A stretch of 64,000 nt of DNA. Source: Alphaproteobacteria bacterium. GTDB lineage: Bacteria; Pseudomonadota; Alphaproteobacteria; Bin95. This document shows positions 32,586-43,179 of the stretch, one piece after another. The notes beneath the pieces were generated by a model. The model did not search any database, was not told where the DNA came from, and saw only the letters and a program-made list of their open reading frames with translations. The position numbers were made by a program, and so were the translations under genes. The first letter of the stretch is position 1, and each line of letters starts with the position of its first letter. The stretch lies in NCBI GenBank assembly GCA_965205265.1, contig CBDBGH010000003.1, positions 2,304,001 to 2,368,000 on the forward strand, given 5' to 3'.

Positions 32586-34226
32586 ATGGCTGCGCTTGCG
32601 GAGATGGACCTCGACACGCTGACGCCCGAACAGGCGGCGGCCGCGAGGCAGGCGCTTGCGGCGCTGGAGACGCTGCGTGCCGAGAACGAGACGCTGGCGG
32701 AAGAGAAGGCCTGTCTGGCGGGTGAGAACGAGGCGCAGGCCGAACGCATCCGCCGTCTGGAACATCTGAACCTGGAACTGATCCGGCTTCTGTATGGCAA
32801 GAGGTCGGAGAAGCTGTCGGCGGACGAACGCCAGCTGGCGTTCGAGGAGCTTGAGGGCGCGTCTGCGGAGGTGGAGGCCGCGGCGCCGCCGGAAGACCCG
32901 TCGCCGGCGCGCTCGGCGAAGCGGCCTCGTCCGGCGCGCAATCTCGGCCATTTGCCGGAACACCTGCCCCGGATCGAGCAGGTGATCGAGCCGGAGAGCA
33001 CGCTCTGCCCCTGCGGCTGCGGGGAGATGGTGCGGATCGGGGAAGATCGCGCCGAGAGGCTCGACATCGTGCCGGCGCAGTTGCGGGTGATCGTCACCGT
33101 GCGCCCGAAATACGCCTGCCGGACCTGCGAGGGAGGCGTCACCCAGGCGCCGGCGCCGGCCCGGCTGATCGAGGGCGCGCTGCCGACTGAAGGCGCCATC
33201 GCCCATGTTCTGATCTCGAAATACGCTGACCACACCCCGCTCTATCGTCAGAGCCGGATCTACGCCCGCTCGGGGCTGGAGCTGGACCGCTCGATCCTAG
33301 CCGGCTGGGTCGGCAAGGCGGCGTTCCACCTCGGGCCCGTGTATGACCGCCTGAAGGCGGCGCTGAAGACGTCGAACAATCTGGGTCTGGACGAGACCAC
33401 GGTTCGGGTTCTCGACCCGGGCCGGGGCAAGACGAAGACCGGCTATCTGTGGACGATGGCGCGCGACGAGCGGGCCTGGTCCGGGGCGGACCCGCCGGGC
33501 GTGGCGTATGAGTATGCGCCCGGGCGTAGCGGCAAGCATGGCGAGAGGCTTCTCGAGGGCTTCAGGGGAACGGTGCAGATCGACGGCTACTCCGGCCACA
33601 ACCGACTGGCTCGGCCGAACCGGGCGGGCGGGGCGCTGACGCGGGCTGCCTGTTGGGTCCATGCCAGGCGGGGCCCCAAGGAGGTGTTCGACAGTAGCGG
33701 CTCGCCGATCGCGAAAGAGGCTCTGAGGCGGATCGCGCAACTCTACGCGATCGAGGACAGGATCCGGGGTGAGCCGCCGGCGACGCGCCAGTTTGTCCGC
33801 TGGACCGAGGCCGCGCCGCTGGTGAACGCCTTCGGGGTGTGGCTCGACGAGCAACGCTCGCGCGTCTCGCCCAAGTCCCGGCTCGGTGAGAAGCTGTCCT
33901 ATATCGCCAACCACTGGGAGAGGTTGCTGGTGTTCCTCTATGACGGCGCGTCGAGATGGACAGCAACTTCGTCGAAAACCGCATCCGGCCGCAGAAGCTC
34001 ACCGCGAAAAACGCCCTGTTCGCCGGCCACGATGAGGGCGCGCGCTCATGGGGCCGCGTCGGTAGCCTGATCGAGACCTGCAAGATGAACGGCGTTGAGC
34101 CCTACGCCTGGCTCAAGGACACGCTGGAGAAAATCGCCGGAGCCTGCCCCTGCGAAGGCGGGGGGCCACCCCAACAGCCGCATCGACGACCTACTTCCCT
34201 GGAACTTCATCCCGCCGTCAAGCTGA
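32586..34226 (+). pseudogene. tnpC: IS66 TnpC with frameshift (~33945) and ~25-bp palindromic insertion
   Basis: MDSNFVENRIRP lies in a different frame from the body of the gene. Confidence 0.85.
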
Positions 34227-34292
34227 AAGCCCGGTGCCTCTCCCGCACCGCTTACGCGAAATCGGCCGGCAAGGGCAATGGATTCGACCGCG

Positions 34293-35242
34293 GTAAGCGG
34301 GACGAGCGGGGCACCTTCCAGGTTCGGTTCTGATTTGAGATTCACGCCTGCGAGTTGGGCAGGAGGTGAGTTTCACATTGTTGGGCTCAGTTGAGACACA
34401 CAGGACGGTAGAAGTGCTTCCGGCGCGTGGCGGTCGTCGTCGCTGGCCGGACGAAGTGAAGGCTCGGATTGTTGCGGAGACGCTGGAGCCTGGGGCGACG
34501 GTTCGCGCCGTTGCGCGGCGATACGATATTCATTCGAACCAGGTGACGGGGTGGCGGCGCCTGGCGCGGGATGGGCGTCTGGTATTGCCCGCGGCGGAGG
34601 CGGGCGTGGAGTTTGCACCGCTTGTGGTTCGGGCTGAAGGGCGCGGCGCTGCCGAGGCAAGCGGTGCGCGTGTGGAAGTGGTCCTGGACCGGGTTACGGT
34701 CCGTCTGGACGCGGCGGTGCCGGCGGTCCGGCTGGCGGAGATCGTCTCTGCGCTGAATGCGTCGTCAGTAAGCGGGGCGAGCGGGGCACCTTCCAGGTTC
34801 GGTTCTGATTTGAGATTCACGCCTGCGAGTTGGGCAGGAGGTGAGTTTCACATTGTTGGGCTCAGTTGAGACACACAGGACGGTTGAAGTGCTTCCGGCG
34901 CGTGGCGGTCGTCGTCGCTGGCCGGACGAAGTGAAGGCTCGGATTGTTGCGGAGACGCTGGAGCCTGGGGCGACGGTTCGCGCCGTTGCGCGGCGATACG
35001 ATATTCATTCGAACCAGGTGACGGGGTGGCGGCGCCTGGCGCGGGATGGGCGTCTGGTATTGCCCGCGGCGGAGGCGGGCGTGGAGTTTGCACCGCTTGT
35101 GGTTCGGGCTGAAGGGCGCGGCGCTGCCGAGGCAAGCGGTGCGCGTGTGGAAGTGGTCCTGGACCGGGTTACGGTCCGTCTGGACGCGGCGGTGCCGGCG
35201 GTCCGGCTGGCGGAGATCGTCTCTGCGCTGAATGCGTCGTCA
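34293..35242 (+). repeat. 475-bp tandem duplication of IS66 left end + tnpA
   Basis: GTAAGC restarts at 34768; near-identical units. Confidence 0.9.
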
Positions 35243-35245
35243 TGA
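34841..35245 (+). CDS. tnpA: IS66 TnpA
   Basis: Near-identical to 31776-32180. Confidence 0.88.
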   Translation: MSFTLLGSVETHRTVEVLPARGGRRRWPDEVKARIVAETLEPGATVRAVARRYDIHSNQVTGWRRLARDGRLVLPAAEAGVEFAPLVVRAEGRGAAEASGARVEVVLDRVTVRLDAAVPAVRLAEIVSALNASS

Positions 35246-35595
35246 TCTTCCCCTCGAACCGGGTGCGGATCATGGTCGCGACGAAGCCCGTCGACTTCCG
35301 CCGCCAACACGACGGCCTTGTGGCTTATGTGAAGAGCGCGCTGCGCCGTGACCCGTTCACGGGCACGGTGTTCGTGTTCCGGGCGAAGCGGGCCGACCGT
35401 CTGAAGCTGATCTACTGGGACGGGACAGGTCTGGTCATGGTCTACAAGCGCCTGGAGGAGCAGGGCTTTGTGTGGCCGGCGATCCGCGACGGGGCGATGA
35501 CGCTGAACCATGCGCAGTTCGAGGCCTTATTCGCCGGCCTAGACTGGCGTCGCGTGCGGGCGCTGTCGGTCCGGGCGCCGGCTGAGGCGGAATGA
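35242..35595 (+). CDS. tnpB: IS66 TnpB
   Basis: Near-identical to 32177-32530. Confidence 0.92.
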   Translation: MIFPSNRVRIMVATKPVDFRRQHDGLVAYVKSALRRDPFTGTVFVFRAKRADRLKLIYWDGTGLVMVYKRLEEQGFVWPAIRDGAMTLNHAQFEALFAGLDWRRVRALSVRAPAEAE

Positions 35596-36608
35596 CTCAC
35601 CGCACGGATCGCGGCCTCCGGCTCCGCAACACTGTGCTATCGGGTGAGCCATGGCTGCGCTTGCGGAGATGGACCTCGACACGCTGACGCCCGAACAGGC
35701 GGTGGCGGCGAGGCAGGCGCTTGCGGCGCTGGAGACGCTGCGCGCCGAGAACGAGACGCTGGCGGAAGAGAAGGCCTGTCTGGCGGGTGAGAACGAGGCG
35801 CAGGCCGACCGCATCCGCCGTCTGGAGCATCTGAACCTGGAACTGCTCCGCCTTTTGTATGGCAAGAGGTCGGAGAAGCTGTCGGCGGACGAGCGCCAGC
35901 TGGCGTTCGAGGAGCTTGAGGGCGCGTCTGCGGAGGTGGAGGCCGCGGCGGCGCCGGAAGATCCGACGCCGGCCCGCTCGCAGAAGCGTCCTCGCCCGGC
36001 GCGCAATATCGGCCACTTGCCGGAGCATCTGGAGCGCATCGAGCAGGTGATCAAGCCGGAAAGCACGCTCTGCCCCTGCGGCTGCGGAGAGATGGTGCGG
36101 ATCGGCGAGGATCGCACGGAGCGGCTCGACATCGTGCCGGCGCAGTTGCGGGTGATCGTCACCGTGCGCCCGAAATACGCCTGCCGCATATGCGAGGAGG
36201 GCGTCACCCAGGCGCCGGCGCCGGCCTGTCGGTGATTATCATAAAGGGCGCATATTTGCTGGCGTAGCGCGCTTTTGTGGTGCGCACGACAAACAGCGTG
36301 AGACAGGCGCGGCCGGGTTTATGACGGGGGCCGAGGACGGAAGGAGGGCGTAGCCCGACCGGAGTCCTCGGCCCCCGTCGCGTTGAGATTTTCGCCTCCC
36401 GGAGGGCGGCGACGTCCTGGCGACCGGGTTGGCCGTTCCCGGGCTGCGGCAGGGGGTAGACTGGGGCTTCTGAGAACGATGCGGCGCCGGCCCCGTTGGC
36501 TTGGTGGCAACGACCGGCGCCGCACCCCCCGAGCCATGCAAGGCGCGGCCCGGAAGCGCAGTATCGTGCGCGTCCGGGCGTGGGTCCACCCCGTTCTCAT
36601 CGGTCGCG

Positions 36609-37043
36609 ATGAGGAACGCCGCCCGCCTGTTCACCTGCGCCCTGTGCCGCCGCCAGGTGGTTCTCTGCCGGCGCTGCGACTCTGGCCATATCTACTGTTC
36701 GCCGCGTTGCAGCGGGCGGGCGCGGCGTCGGTCGGTGCGCCTTGCGGGGCAGCGCTACCAGAACAGCCGCCGGGGCCGTCACAAGCATGCCGAGCGCCAG
36801 CGGCGCTACCGCGAACGGCGCCGTGTGCGGCAGCCGGCAGTTCGGGCCATCGCGCAGAAAGTGACGCATCACCCTTTGACCGTCGCGCGCCGGCGTCCTG
36901 ATGTGGCGCGCATACCGGCGGGGCGGTCCGGAACCCGGCCCTTCGGGCCCGACCGTCCCGCCCGGGTGTTCCGCTGCGAGCGCTGCGGTCGGTTCTGCGG
37001 CCTGGCGGTCTATCCGGGCCTGCGCCAGGCGCGAAGGGAGTGA
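36609..37043 (+). CDS. Cys-rich putative Zn-finger protein
   Basis: Multiple CxxC; stop 1 nt before istA ATG. Confidence 0.7.
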   Translation: MRNAARLFTCALCRRQVVLCRRCDSGHIYCSPRCSGRARRRSVRLAGQRYQNSRRGRHKHAERQRRYRERRRVRQPAVRAIAQKVTHHPLTVARRRPDVARIPAGRSGTRPFGPDRPARVFRCERCGRFCGLAVYPGLRQARRE

Positions 37044-37044
37044 G

Positions 37045-38550
37045 ATGGCGATCGACAAGCAGACCCGTGCCGAGATCCAGCGGCTGTATTTTGCCGAGAA
37101 GTGGAGGATCGGCACGATCGCGCGCCAGCTCGGCGTCCACCACGGCACGGTCGAGCGCGCGGTAGCGGCCGCCGGGGCGCCCGCGCGTGAGAGGCGGCGC
37201 AGGGCTTCGATGATCGATCCGTTCCGGCCCTTCATCCGCCAGACCCTGGCGGTCTGGCCCAGGCTGCCAGCCAGCCGGCTCTACCAGATGGCGGTCGAGC
37301 GCGGCTACCGGGGCAGCCAGAGCCACTTCCGGCGCATGATCGCGCCGGAGCGCCCGCGGCCTGTGGCCGAGGCCTATCTGCGCCTCAAGACCCTGCCCGG
37401 CGAGCTGGCCCAGGTGGACTGGGCCCACTTCGGCAAGGTGAGGATCGGGCGCGCGGAGCGCCCGCTGATGGGCTTCGTGATGGTGCTGAGCTACTCGCGC
37501 CGCATCTTCCTGCACTTCTACCTCAATGCCGCGATGGACAACTTCCTGCGCGGCCATGTCGAGGCCTTCGAGGCCTGGCAGGGCGTGCCCCGCGAGCTAT
37601 GGTACGACAACCTGAAGAGCGTCGTGCTGGAGCGCCAGGGCGACGCCATCCGGTTCAACCCCCGGCTCCTCGACTTCGCCGCCCGCTACCGCTTCCTGCC
37701 CAAGCCGGTCGCGGTCGCGCGCGGCAACGAGAAGGGGCGCGTGGAGCGCGCCATACGCTATGTGCGCGACAACTTCTTCGCCGCCCGCGCCTGGCGCGAC
37801 CTCGACGACCTGAACGCCCGGGCCCGCGCCTGGTGCGACGGCGTCGCCGCCGACCGTCGCTGGCCGGACGACCGCTCCCTCACCGTGCGCGAGGCCTTCG
37901 AGCGCGAGCGCGGCTCCCTGATGGCGCTGCCCGACGACCGGCCCCCCGTCGACGAGAGGGTCGAGGTCAGGATCGGCAAGACCCCCTACGCCAGGTTCGA
38001 CCTCAATGACTATAGCGTCCCGCATACCCATACGCGGCGCACCCTCACCGTGGTCGCGACACTGGAGGAGGTACGCATCCTCGACGGCGCCGACACCGTC
38101 GCCCGTCATCCGCGCAGCTTCGACAAGGCGGCCCGCATCGAGACCCCCGAGCACATCGAGGAGCTGGTCAGGCTCAAACGTCACGCCCACCGCCTGCGCG
38201 GGCAGAGCCGCCTTCTCCAGGCCGCCCCCGACAGCGAGCGCCTGCTTGCCGAGACCGCCAGGCGCGGCGGCAATATCGGCACAACCGTCGCCTCCCTGCT
38301 GCGCCTGCTCGACGACTACGGAGCCGTCGAACTCGAAGCCGCCATCGATGAAGCCCTTGAGCGCGGCGTCCCCCATCCCAATGCGGTGCGCTTCAGCCTG
38401 AACCGGCGGCGCGAACAGCGCAACGAGCCACCACCCATCCCCATCGACCTGCCCGGCGATCCAAGACTGCGCGATATCGCGGTCCGCGATCACGACCTCG
38501 GCGGATACGACGGGCTCGCAAGCCACCACGAGGAGGACAGCGAAGAATGA
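37045..38550 (+). CDS. istA: IS21 transposase IstA
   Basis: [21 protein letters not shown]. Confidence 0.95.
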   Translation: MAIDKQTRAEIQRLYFAEKWRIGTIARQLGVHHGTVERAVAAAGAPARERRRRASMIDPFRPFIRQTLAVWPRLPASRLYQMAVERGYRGSQSHFRRMIAPERPRPVAEAYLRLKTLPGELAQVDWAHFGKVRIGRAERPLMGFVMVLSYSRRIFLHFYLNAAMDNFLRGHVEAFEAWQGVPRELWYDNLKSVVLERQGDAIRFNPRLLDFAARYRFLPKPVAVARGNEKGRVERAIRYVRDNFFAARAWRDLDDLNARARAWCDGVAADRRWPDDRSLTVREAFERERGSLMALPDDRPPVDERVEVRIGKTPYARFDLNDYSVPHTHTRRTLTVVATLEEVRILDGADTVARHPRSFDKAARIETPEHIEELVRLKRHAHRLRGQSRLLQAAPDSERLLAETARRGGNIGTTVASLLRLLDDYGAVELEAAIDEALERGVPHPNAVRFSLNRRREQRNEPPPIPIDLPGDPRLRDIAVRDHDLGGYDGLASHHEEDSEE

Positions 38551-39332
38551 CCCTCAAGGACCGCGCCACGGCGCTCGGACTGCACGGCCTCCTCGCCCAC
38601 TGGAGCGAGGTTGCGGAGCGCGACTGGCTCCCGCCCCTGATCGCATGGGAAGAGGAAGAGAGGCGAAGCCGAAGCCTCAGGCGACGCCTCACCGCCGCCC
38701 GCCTCGGACAGTTCAAGCCGCTCGCCGACTTCGACTGGGACTGGCCAAGGCGATGCGACCGCATGGCCGTCGAGGACCTCATGACCCTCAACTTCCTCCG
38801 CGAGGGCGCCAATGTCGTCCTCATCGGCCCCAACGGCGTCGGCAAGTCCACAATCGCCGCCAATATCGCACACCGCGCCGTCCTCGAAGGCCACACCGTG
38901 CGCTTCGCAACCGCCGCCAGCCTGCTCGGCGAGCTCGCCGCCATCGACTCCGACACAATGCTCCAGCGCAGGCTGCGCTTCTACGCCCGCCAGCACCTCC
39001 TGGTCATCGACGAAGTCGGATATCTCTCCTACTCCAACCGTCATGCCGACCTGCTGTTCAATATCGTCTCAAGCCGCAGCCAGCAGCGCTCCACCATCAT
39101 CACCACAAACCGCCCCTTCGCCGAGTGGAGCGAGGCCTTCCCCAACGCCGCCTGCCTCGTGGCCCTTGTCGACCGGCTCGTCCACAATGCCGAGATCCTC
39201 GCCATCGACGGCGACTCATACCGCCGCAAGGAGGCCGAGGAACGCCAGAAGCAGCGCAGCGCCGATCGCCGCCGGCGGCGATCGGCAAAAGGAGCGGGCA
39301 AGAGCACGGCGCAAGACACGGGGGATGCCTGA
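38547..39332 (+). CDS. istB: IS21 helper ATPase IstB
   Basis: [27 protein letters not shown]. Confidence 0.95.
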   Translation: MTLKDRATALGLHGLLAHWSEVAERDWLPPLIAWEEEERRSRSLRRRLTAARLGQFKPLADFDWDWPRRCDRMAVEDLMTLNFLREGANVVLIGPNGVGKSTIAANIAHRAVLEGHTVRFATAASLLGELAAIDSDTMLQRRLRFYARQHLLVIDEVGYLSYSNRHADLLFNIVSSRSQQRSTIITTNRPFAEWSEAFPNAACLVALVDRLVHNAEILAIDGDSYRRKEAEERQKQRSADRRRRRSAKGAGKSTAQDTGDA

Positions 39333-40218
39333 GCCAGCCGTGCAGCATCTGCATCCATGGGATCGCCGCCTGCGGGCCGAGGGGCTGCGAAGCTGCCCCC
39401 TCGAAGACGTGGTCCACGCCCTCGGCTATCGCCGCGATCCCGCCGATGCCGCGCGCTGGAGACGAGCCGGTTCGGTCCTCTCCATCAACCGCTTCATGTT
39501 CTACGACCATCTGCGCGGAGAGGGAGGCGCCGGGGCCATCCAGCTGGCGGTTCATGCGCTCGGATGCCCAACGACCGAAGCCCTCGACTTCCTCGCCCAA
39601 CTGCCGCGCCACTCACGGCTCCCGAACAGTCGCTGTGAGGCGGAGCCCTCGTGCCAGGACCCTCGCTGGCCGGCGCTGCGGCAATACCTCATCGAGCAGC
39701 GCGGCCTCGCCGACGCGCTCGTCGAGCTATGCCGAGGCCTCGGCCTGATCCGTGCCGACCGGCGCGGCAATCCCGTGTTCCTCCGCCGAAACGCCGCCAG
39801 CAAGGTGGTCGGCATAGAGACCCTCCCCGCAGCGCAGGAGCCGGCCGCAGACGGCGGCTTCTGGATGTCATGGGAGCCCGACTGGCCCGGCACCGTCATC
39901 CTCACCGGCAGCGCCCTCGACGCCCTGTCGATCCTCTCCCTCCACCTCGTCCCGGAAAAACGCAGCAAATGCGCCGTCGTCTCCACCGGCGCCATCACGG
40001 CCAGAATCCCCAAATGGGTCGAGGCCTGGAACCCGCGCCGTATCTTCTGTGCCTGGGACGCTACACGATACGGCGATCACGCCGCCCGCCGCATGCAAGA
40101 CAACGACACAAGAATCGTCCGAATGCGACCGGCCCTCGAAAACCAGGACTGGAACGACATGCTCATCCGTGACCGCGACGGCGAGCCGCTCGAAACCGAT
40201 GACCGCCCAATCAGATGA
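39325..40218 (+). CDS. DUF3991/TOPRIM-like passenger protein with degenerate acidic motifs
   Basis: [41 protein letters not shown]. Confidence 0.7.
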   Translation: MPEPAVQHLHPWDRRLRAEGLRSCPLEDVVHALGYRRDPADAARWRRAGSVLSINRFMFYDHLRGEGGAGAIQLAVHALGCPTTEALDFLAQLPRHSRLPNSRCEAEPSCQDPRWPALRQYLIEQRGLADALVELCRGLGLIRADRRGNPVFLRRNAASKVVGIETLPAAQEPAADGGFWMSWEPDWPGTVILTGSALDALSILSLHLVPEKRSKCAVVSTGAITARIPKWVEAWNPRRIFCAWDATRYGDHAARRMQDNDTRIVRMRPALENQDWNDMLIRDRDGEPLETDDRPIR

Positions 40219-42169
40219 ACGCAACACCTAACCCATGCGACGCTGCTCGCAAGCCGCACAAACCGGCCGTTCCGCGCCAGCAAATAAACGCCCTTCCTAA
40301 CCGTCGCTAACACGGCCCGGCTGATCGAGGGCGCGCTGCCGACCGAAGGCGCCATCGCGCATGTCCTGATCTCGAAATACGCTGACCATACCCCTCTCTA
40401 CCGCCAGGCGACCGTCTACGCCCGCTCGGGGATGAAGCTGGACCGCTCGACCCTCGCCGGCTGGGTCGGCAAGGCGGCGTTCCACCTCGGACCGGTGTAT
40501 GAACGCCTGAAGGCGACGCTGAAGACGTCGAGCACTCTGGGTCTGGACGAGACCACGGTCCGGGTTCTCGACCCGGGCCGGGGCAAGACGAAGACCGGCT
40601 ACCTTTGGACGATGGTGCGCGACGAGCGGTCATGGTCCGGGGCGGACCCGCCGGGCGTGGTCTATGAGTATGCGCCCGGGCGTGGCGGCAAGCATGGCGA
40701 GAAGTTGCTTGATGGCTTCAGGGGAACGGTGCAGATCGACGGCTATGCCGGCCACAACCGGCTGGCCCGGCGGGACCGACCGGGCGGGGCGCTGACGCTG
40801 GCTTCATGTTGGGCCCATGCCAGGCGTGGCCCCAAGGAGGTGTTCGACAGTAGCGGCTCGCCGATCGCGAAAGAGGCTCTGAGGCGGATCGCGCAACTCT
40901 ACGCGATCGAGGACAGGATCCGGGGTGAGCCGCCGGCGACGCGCCAGTTTGTCCGCTGGACCGAGGCCGCGCCGCTGGTGAACGCCTTCGGGGTGTGGCT
41001 CGACGAGCAACGCTCGCGCGTCTCGCCCAAGTCCCGGCTCGGTGAGAAGCTGTCCTATATCGCCAACCACTGGGAGAGGTTGCTGGTGTTCCTCTATGAC
41101 GGCGCGTCGAGATGGACAGCAACTTCGTCGAAAACCGCATCCGGCCGCAGAAGCTCACCGCGAAAAACGCCCTGTTCGCCGGCCACGATGAGGGCGCGCG
41201 CTCATGGGGCCGCGTCGGTAGCCTGATCGAGACCTGCAAGATGAACGGCGTCGAGCCTTACGCCTGGCTCAAGGACACTCTGGAGAAAATCGCCGGAGCC
41301 TGCCCCTGCGAAGGCGGGGGGCCACCCAAACAGCCGCATCGACGAGCTTCTCCCCTGGAACTTCGTCCCGCCGTCAAGCTGAAAGCCCGGTGCCTCTCCC
41401 GCACCGCTTACCGACCGCGGGCAGGGCCGCGCCAACGGTCCCGGCCGCGACGCCGGCCACGAAAAGGCCGCCGAACCGAAGCAGAAGACGCCCGACTTCG
41501 ACCTCGGGATGTAGCCTCCCGGCTCCGCTTCCGGCCAGCCCGACGGCGGCGGCAACCCCGAAACGTCCGGCAAGGCGCGCGCGTTCAAGCCGCCGGTCTC
41601 TCCGGAATCGGGCGCCGGATCGCCAGCCGCCGCCACGCGGCGACAGGGACGCTCTGCCGTGTCCTGGAGCCGCCTGATGCCGCCTCCGGTATCTTGGGAA
41701 AGCGCGCAACCGATCGGGCGCGCTGTTGGAAATCCCCTGCCCGGAGAGTCCCGCAGGATTCGCACTGTGGGACGGAACAAACACAGGAATTGTCCCGCCG
41801 AATCAAGGGCGTCATACGGCGCAATGCGCCGGAGCACCGATCGGCATGCACGCTTTTCCATGATACGATTGGCGGCGTTTGGCGGCCCCAGCGCACCGCA
41901 GCGCACGTCAGTCCGCCCATGCCGCGTTTCGCACCATGGTGCGGCAGGTGTGTCCAGGCTCCCGCCCTCCGGGCGGTCGGACAAGGCAAGCTCTGCCGCA
42001 ATGCCCTTTTGCCGCAACCCCGGCAACGGCAGGGAGTCCCAGCCGTCGCGGCGCTTGAGCGAGACGACCGGCCAACGATCCGTGAGCGCGTTCCGCGTCG
42101 CCTTCCTGACGGCAGAGGTAACAGAACGGCGGGCGACTGTCGCGGTCGGCGGGATGACGCCGGGCGCGT

Positions 42170-42270
42170 TCATCGCCAACGACTGCCGTCACTGCTACGC
42201 CTTGCGGACGCTGGCGCCGGGCGAGGGGCTGTCGACGACCGGGGCGCTGTTCGGCCACCGCAACCCGCCA
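42170..42270 (+). pseudogene. Tyrosine integrase remnant
   Basis: RHCYALRTLAPGEGLSTTGALFGHR resembles the integrase box II region. Confidence 0.45.
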
Positions 42271-42299
42271 GGATCGACGCGCCGTTTCGCATCGTCGGC

Positions 42300-42477
42300 C
42301 GCCGGGGGCGGAACCGCTGCGGACGCCTCCGGCAACTGGCACGGAAGTTTCACCCAGCAGGATGCCGGTCGTGACAGGAGCCTTCTCCCGAAGGTGATGA
42401 CCGGGAACTTCTACTCCGAATACGACGGCGTGGGCAGGATGGTCGGCGGCTTCAGTGCCAATCTGAAGACGGAGTAG
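42300..42477 (+). pseudogene. C-terminal fragment of a beta-rich surface lipoprotein-like gene
   Basis: GNWHGSF...TGNF...MVGGFSA resembles a TbpB-type barrel end. Confidence 0.35.
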
Positions 42478-42797
42478 CGCAGCCGCAGGAATGCGTCTCC
42501 GCAGCGGCGCCGTCTCGCCATCGATGCAAACTCCAATGGGCGGCATGACTTCGGCGTCGCGAGGGGTGGAGGTCTTGCCGTTCCCTGACCCCTGATCGGG
42601 CGCCCGGTCTGGTATTGCCTTCTTCTTTCCAGGCTGGGCGTCCCCTTTCTCGCACCGCTTCGGAGTGCGGATGCCGCGCGGGCGGGTTGGCGTGCCGGAG
42701 CTTCCTGCCCGGCCGGGTTCCGCCGTCCCTCCTTCGACAATTGTCCGACCCGGCAACGGCGCATGTCCGGAATGAGCCGCAGCGCGCGATCTCATAC

Positions 42798-43170
42798 TCA
42801 TCGGCCATGGCTGCGGCGCGGGCGGGCATGGGAAGGCATCGGCGCCGTGTGAAGGTTCATCGCCTCGGCGATCAGTCTTCCAACCTCTTCGGCGGTCTCG
42901 ACCAGATGGCCGTCGGCGAGGTGGGCGTAGTCGGCGGTGGCACGGTGCCGCCGGTGGCCGAGCAGCTTTTCGACCAAGGGCAGGGTCTCGCCGGACATGA
43001 CGGCGTGGCTGGCCGCGGTGTTGCCATGGCGATCAGCACAAGCGCCCCTGTTTCATCCTACGGGGTGGCTCAGTACCGCGGCGACCATGACGGTTTCGTC
43101 CGCCGTCAGGAACCGCTCCTTCGGCTGCATGCGTAGCGAGAGGAGTTCTTGCAGGGGTTGGTTTTGTCGT
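42798..43170 (-). pseudogene. Tyrosine integrase C-terminal remnant
   Basis: GETLPLVEKLLGHRRHRATADYAHLAD. Confidence 0.7.
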
Positions 43171-43179
43171 TGGACCACC

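Larger units (their letters stand above)
30329..34255 (+). mobile_element. IS66 element C with IS1111 in its left IR
   Basis: GTAAGCG...CGCTTAC ends; 8-bp target duplication GCGAAATC. Confidence 0.93.
36227..40312 (+). mobile_element. IS21-family element with two passenger genes, complete copy (4086 bp)
   Basis: TG...CA ends; imperfect IR sharing AAGGGCG and ATTTGCTGGCG; 5-bp target duplication CGGCC. Confidence 0.93.
35651..41382 (+). pseudogene. tnpC: IS66 TnpC split by IS21 and frameshifted
   Basis: QAPAPA at 36226 resumes as RLIEGALP after 40317. Confidence 0.88.
34293..41411 (+). mobile_element. IS66 element D with duplicated left end and nested IS21
   Basis: 8-bp target duplication CGACCGCG (34285-34292, 41412-41419). 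Confidence 0.92.

Noticed and set aside
1768-36227. Composite transposon bounded by the two IS21 copies
   Set aside because: Copy 2 has its own 5-bp duplication on both sides, so it inserted independently
41112-42374. 420-aa ORF
   Set aside because: tnpC tail reading through into non-coding debris
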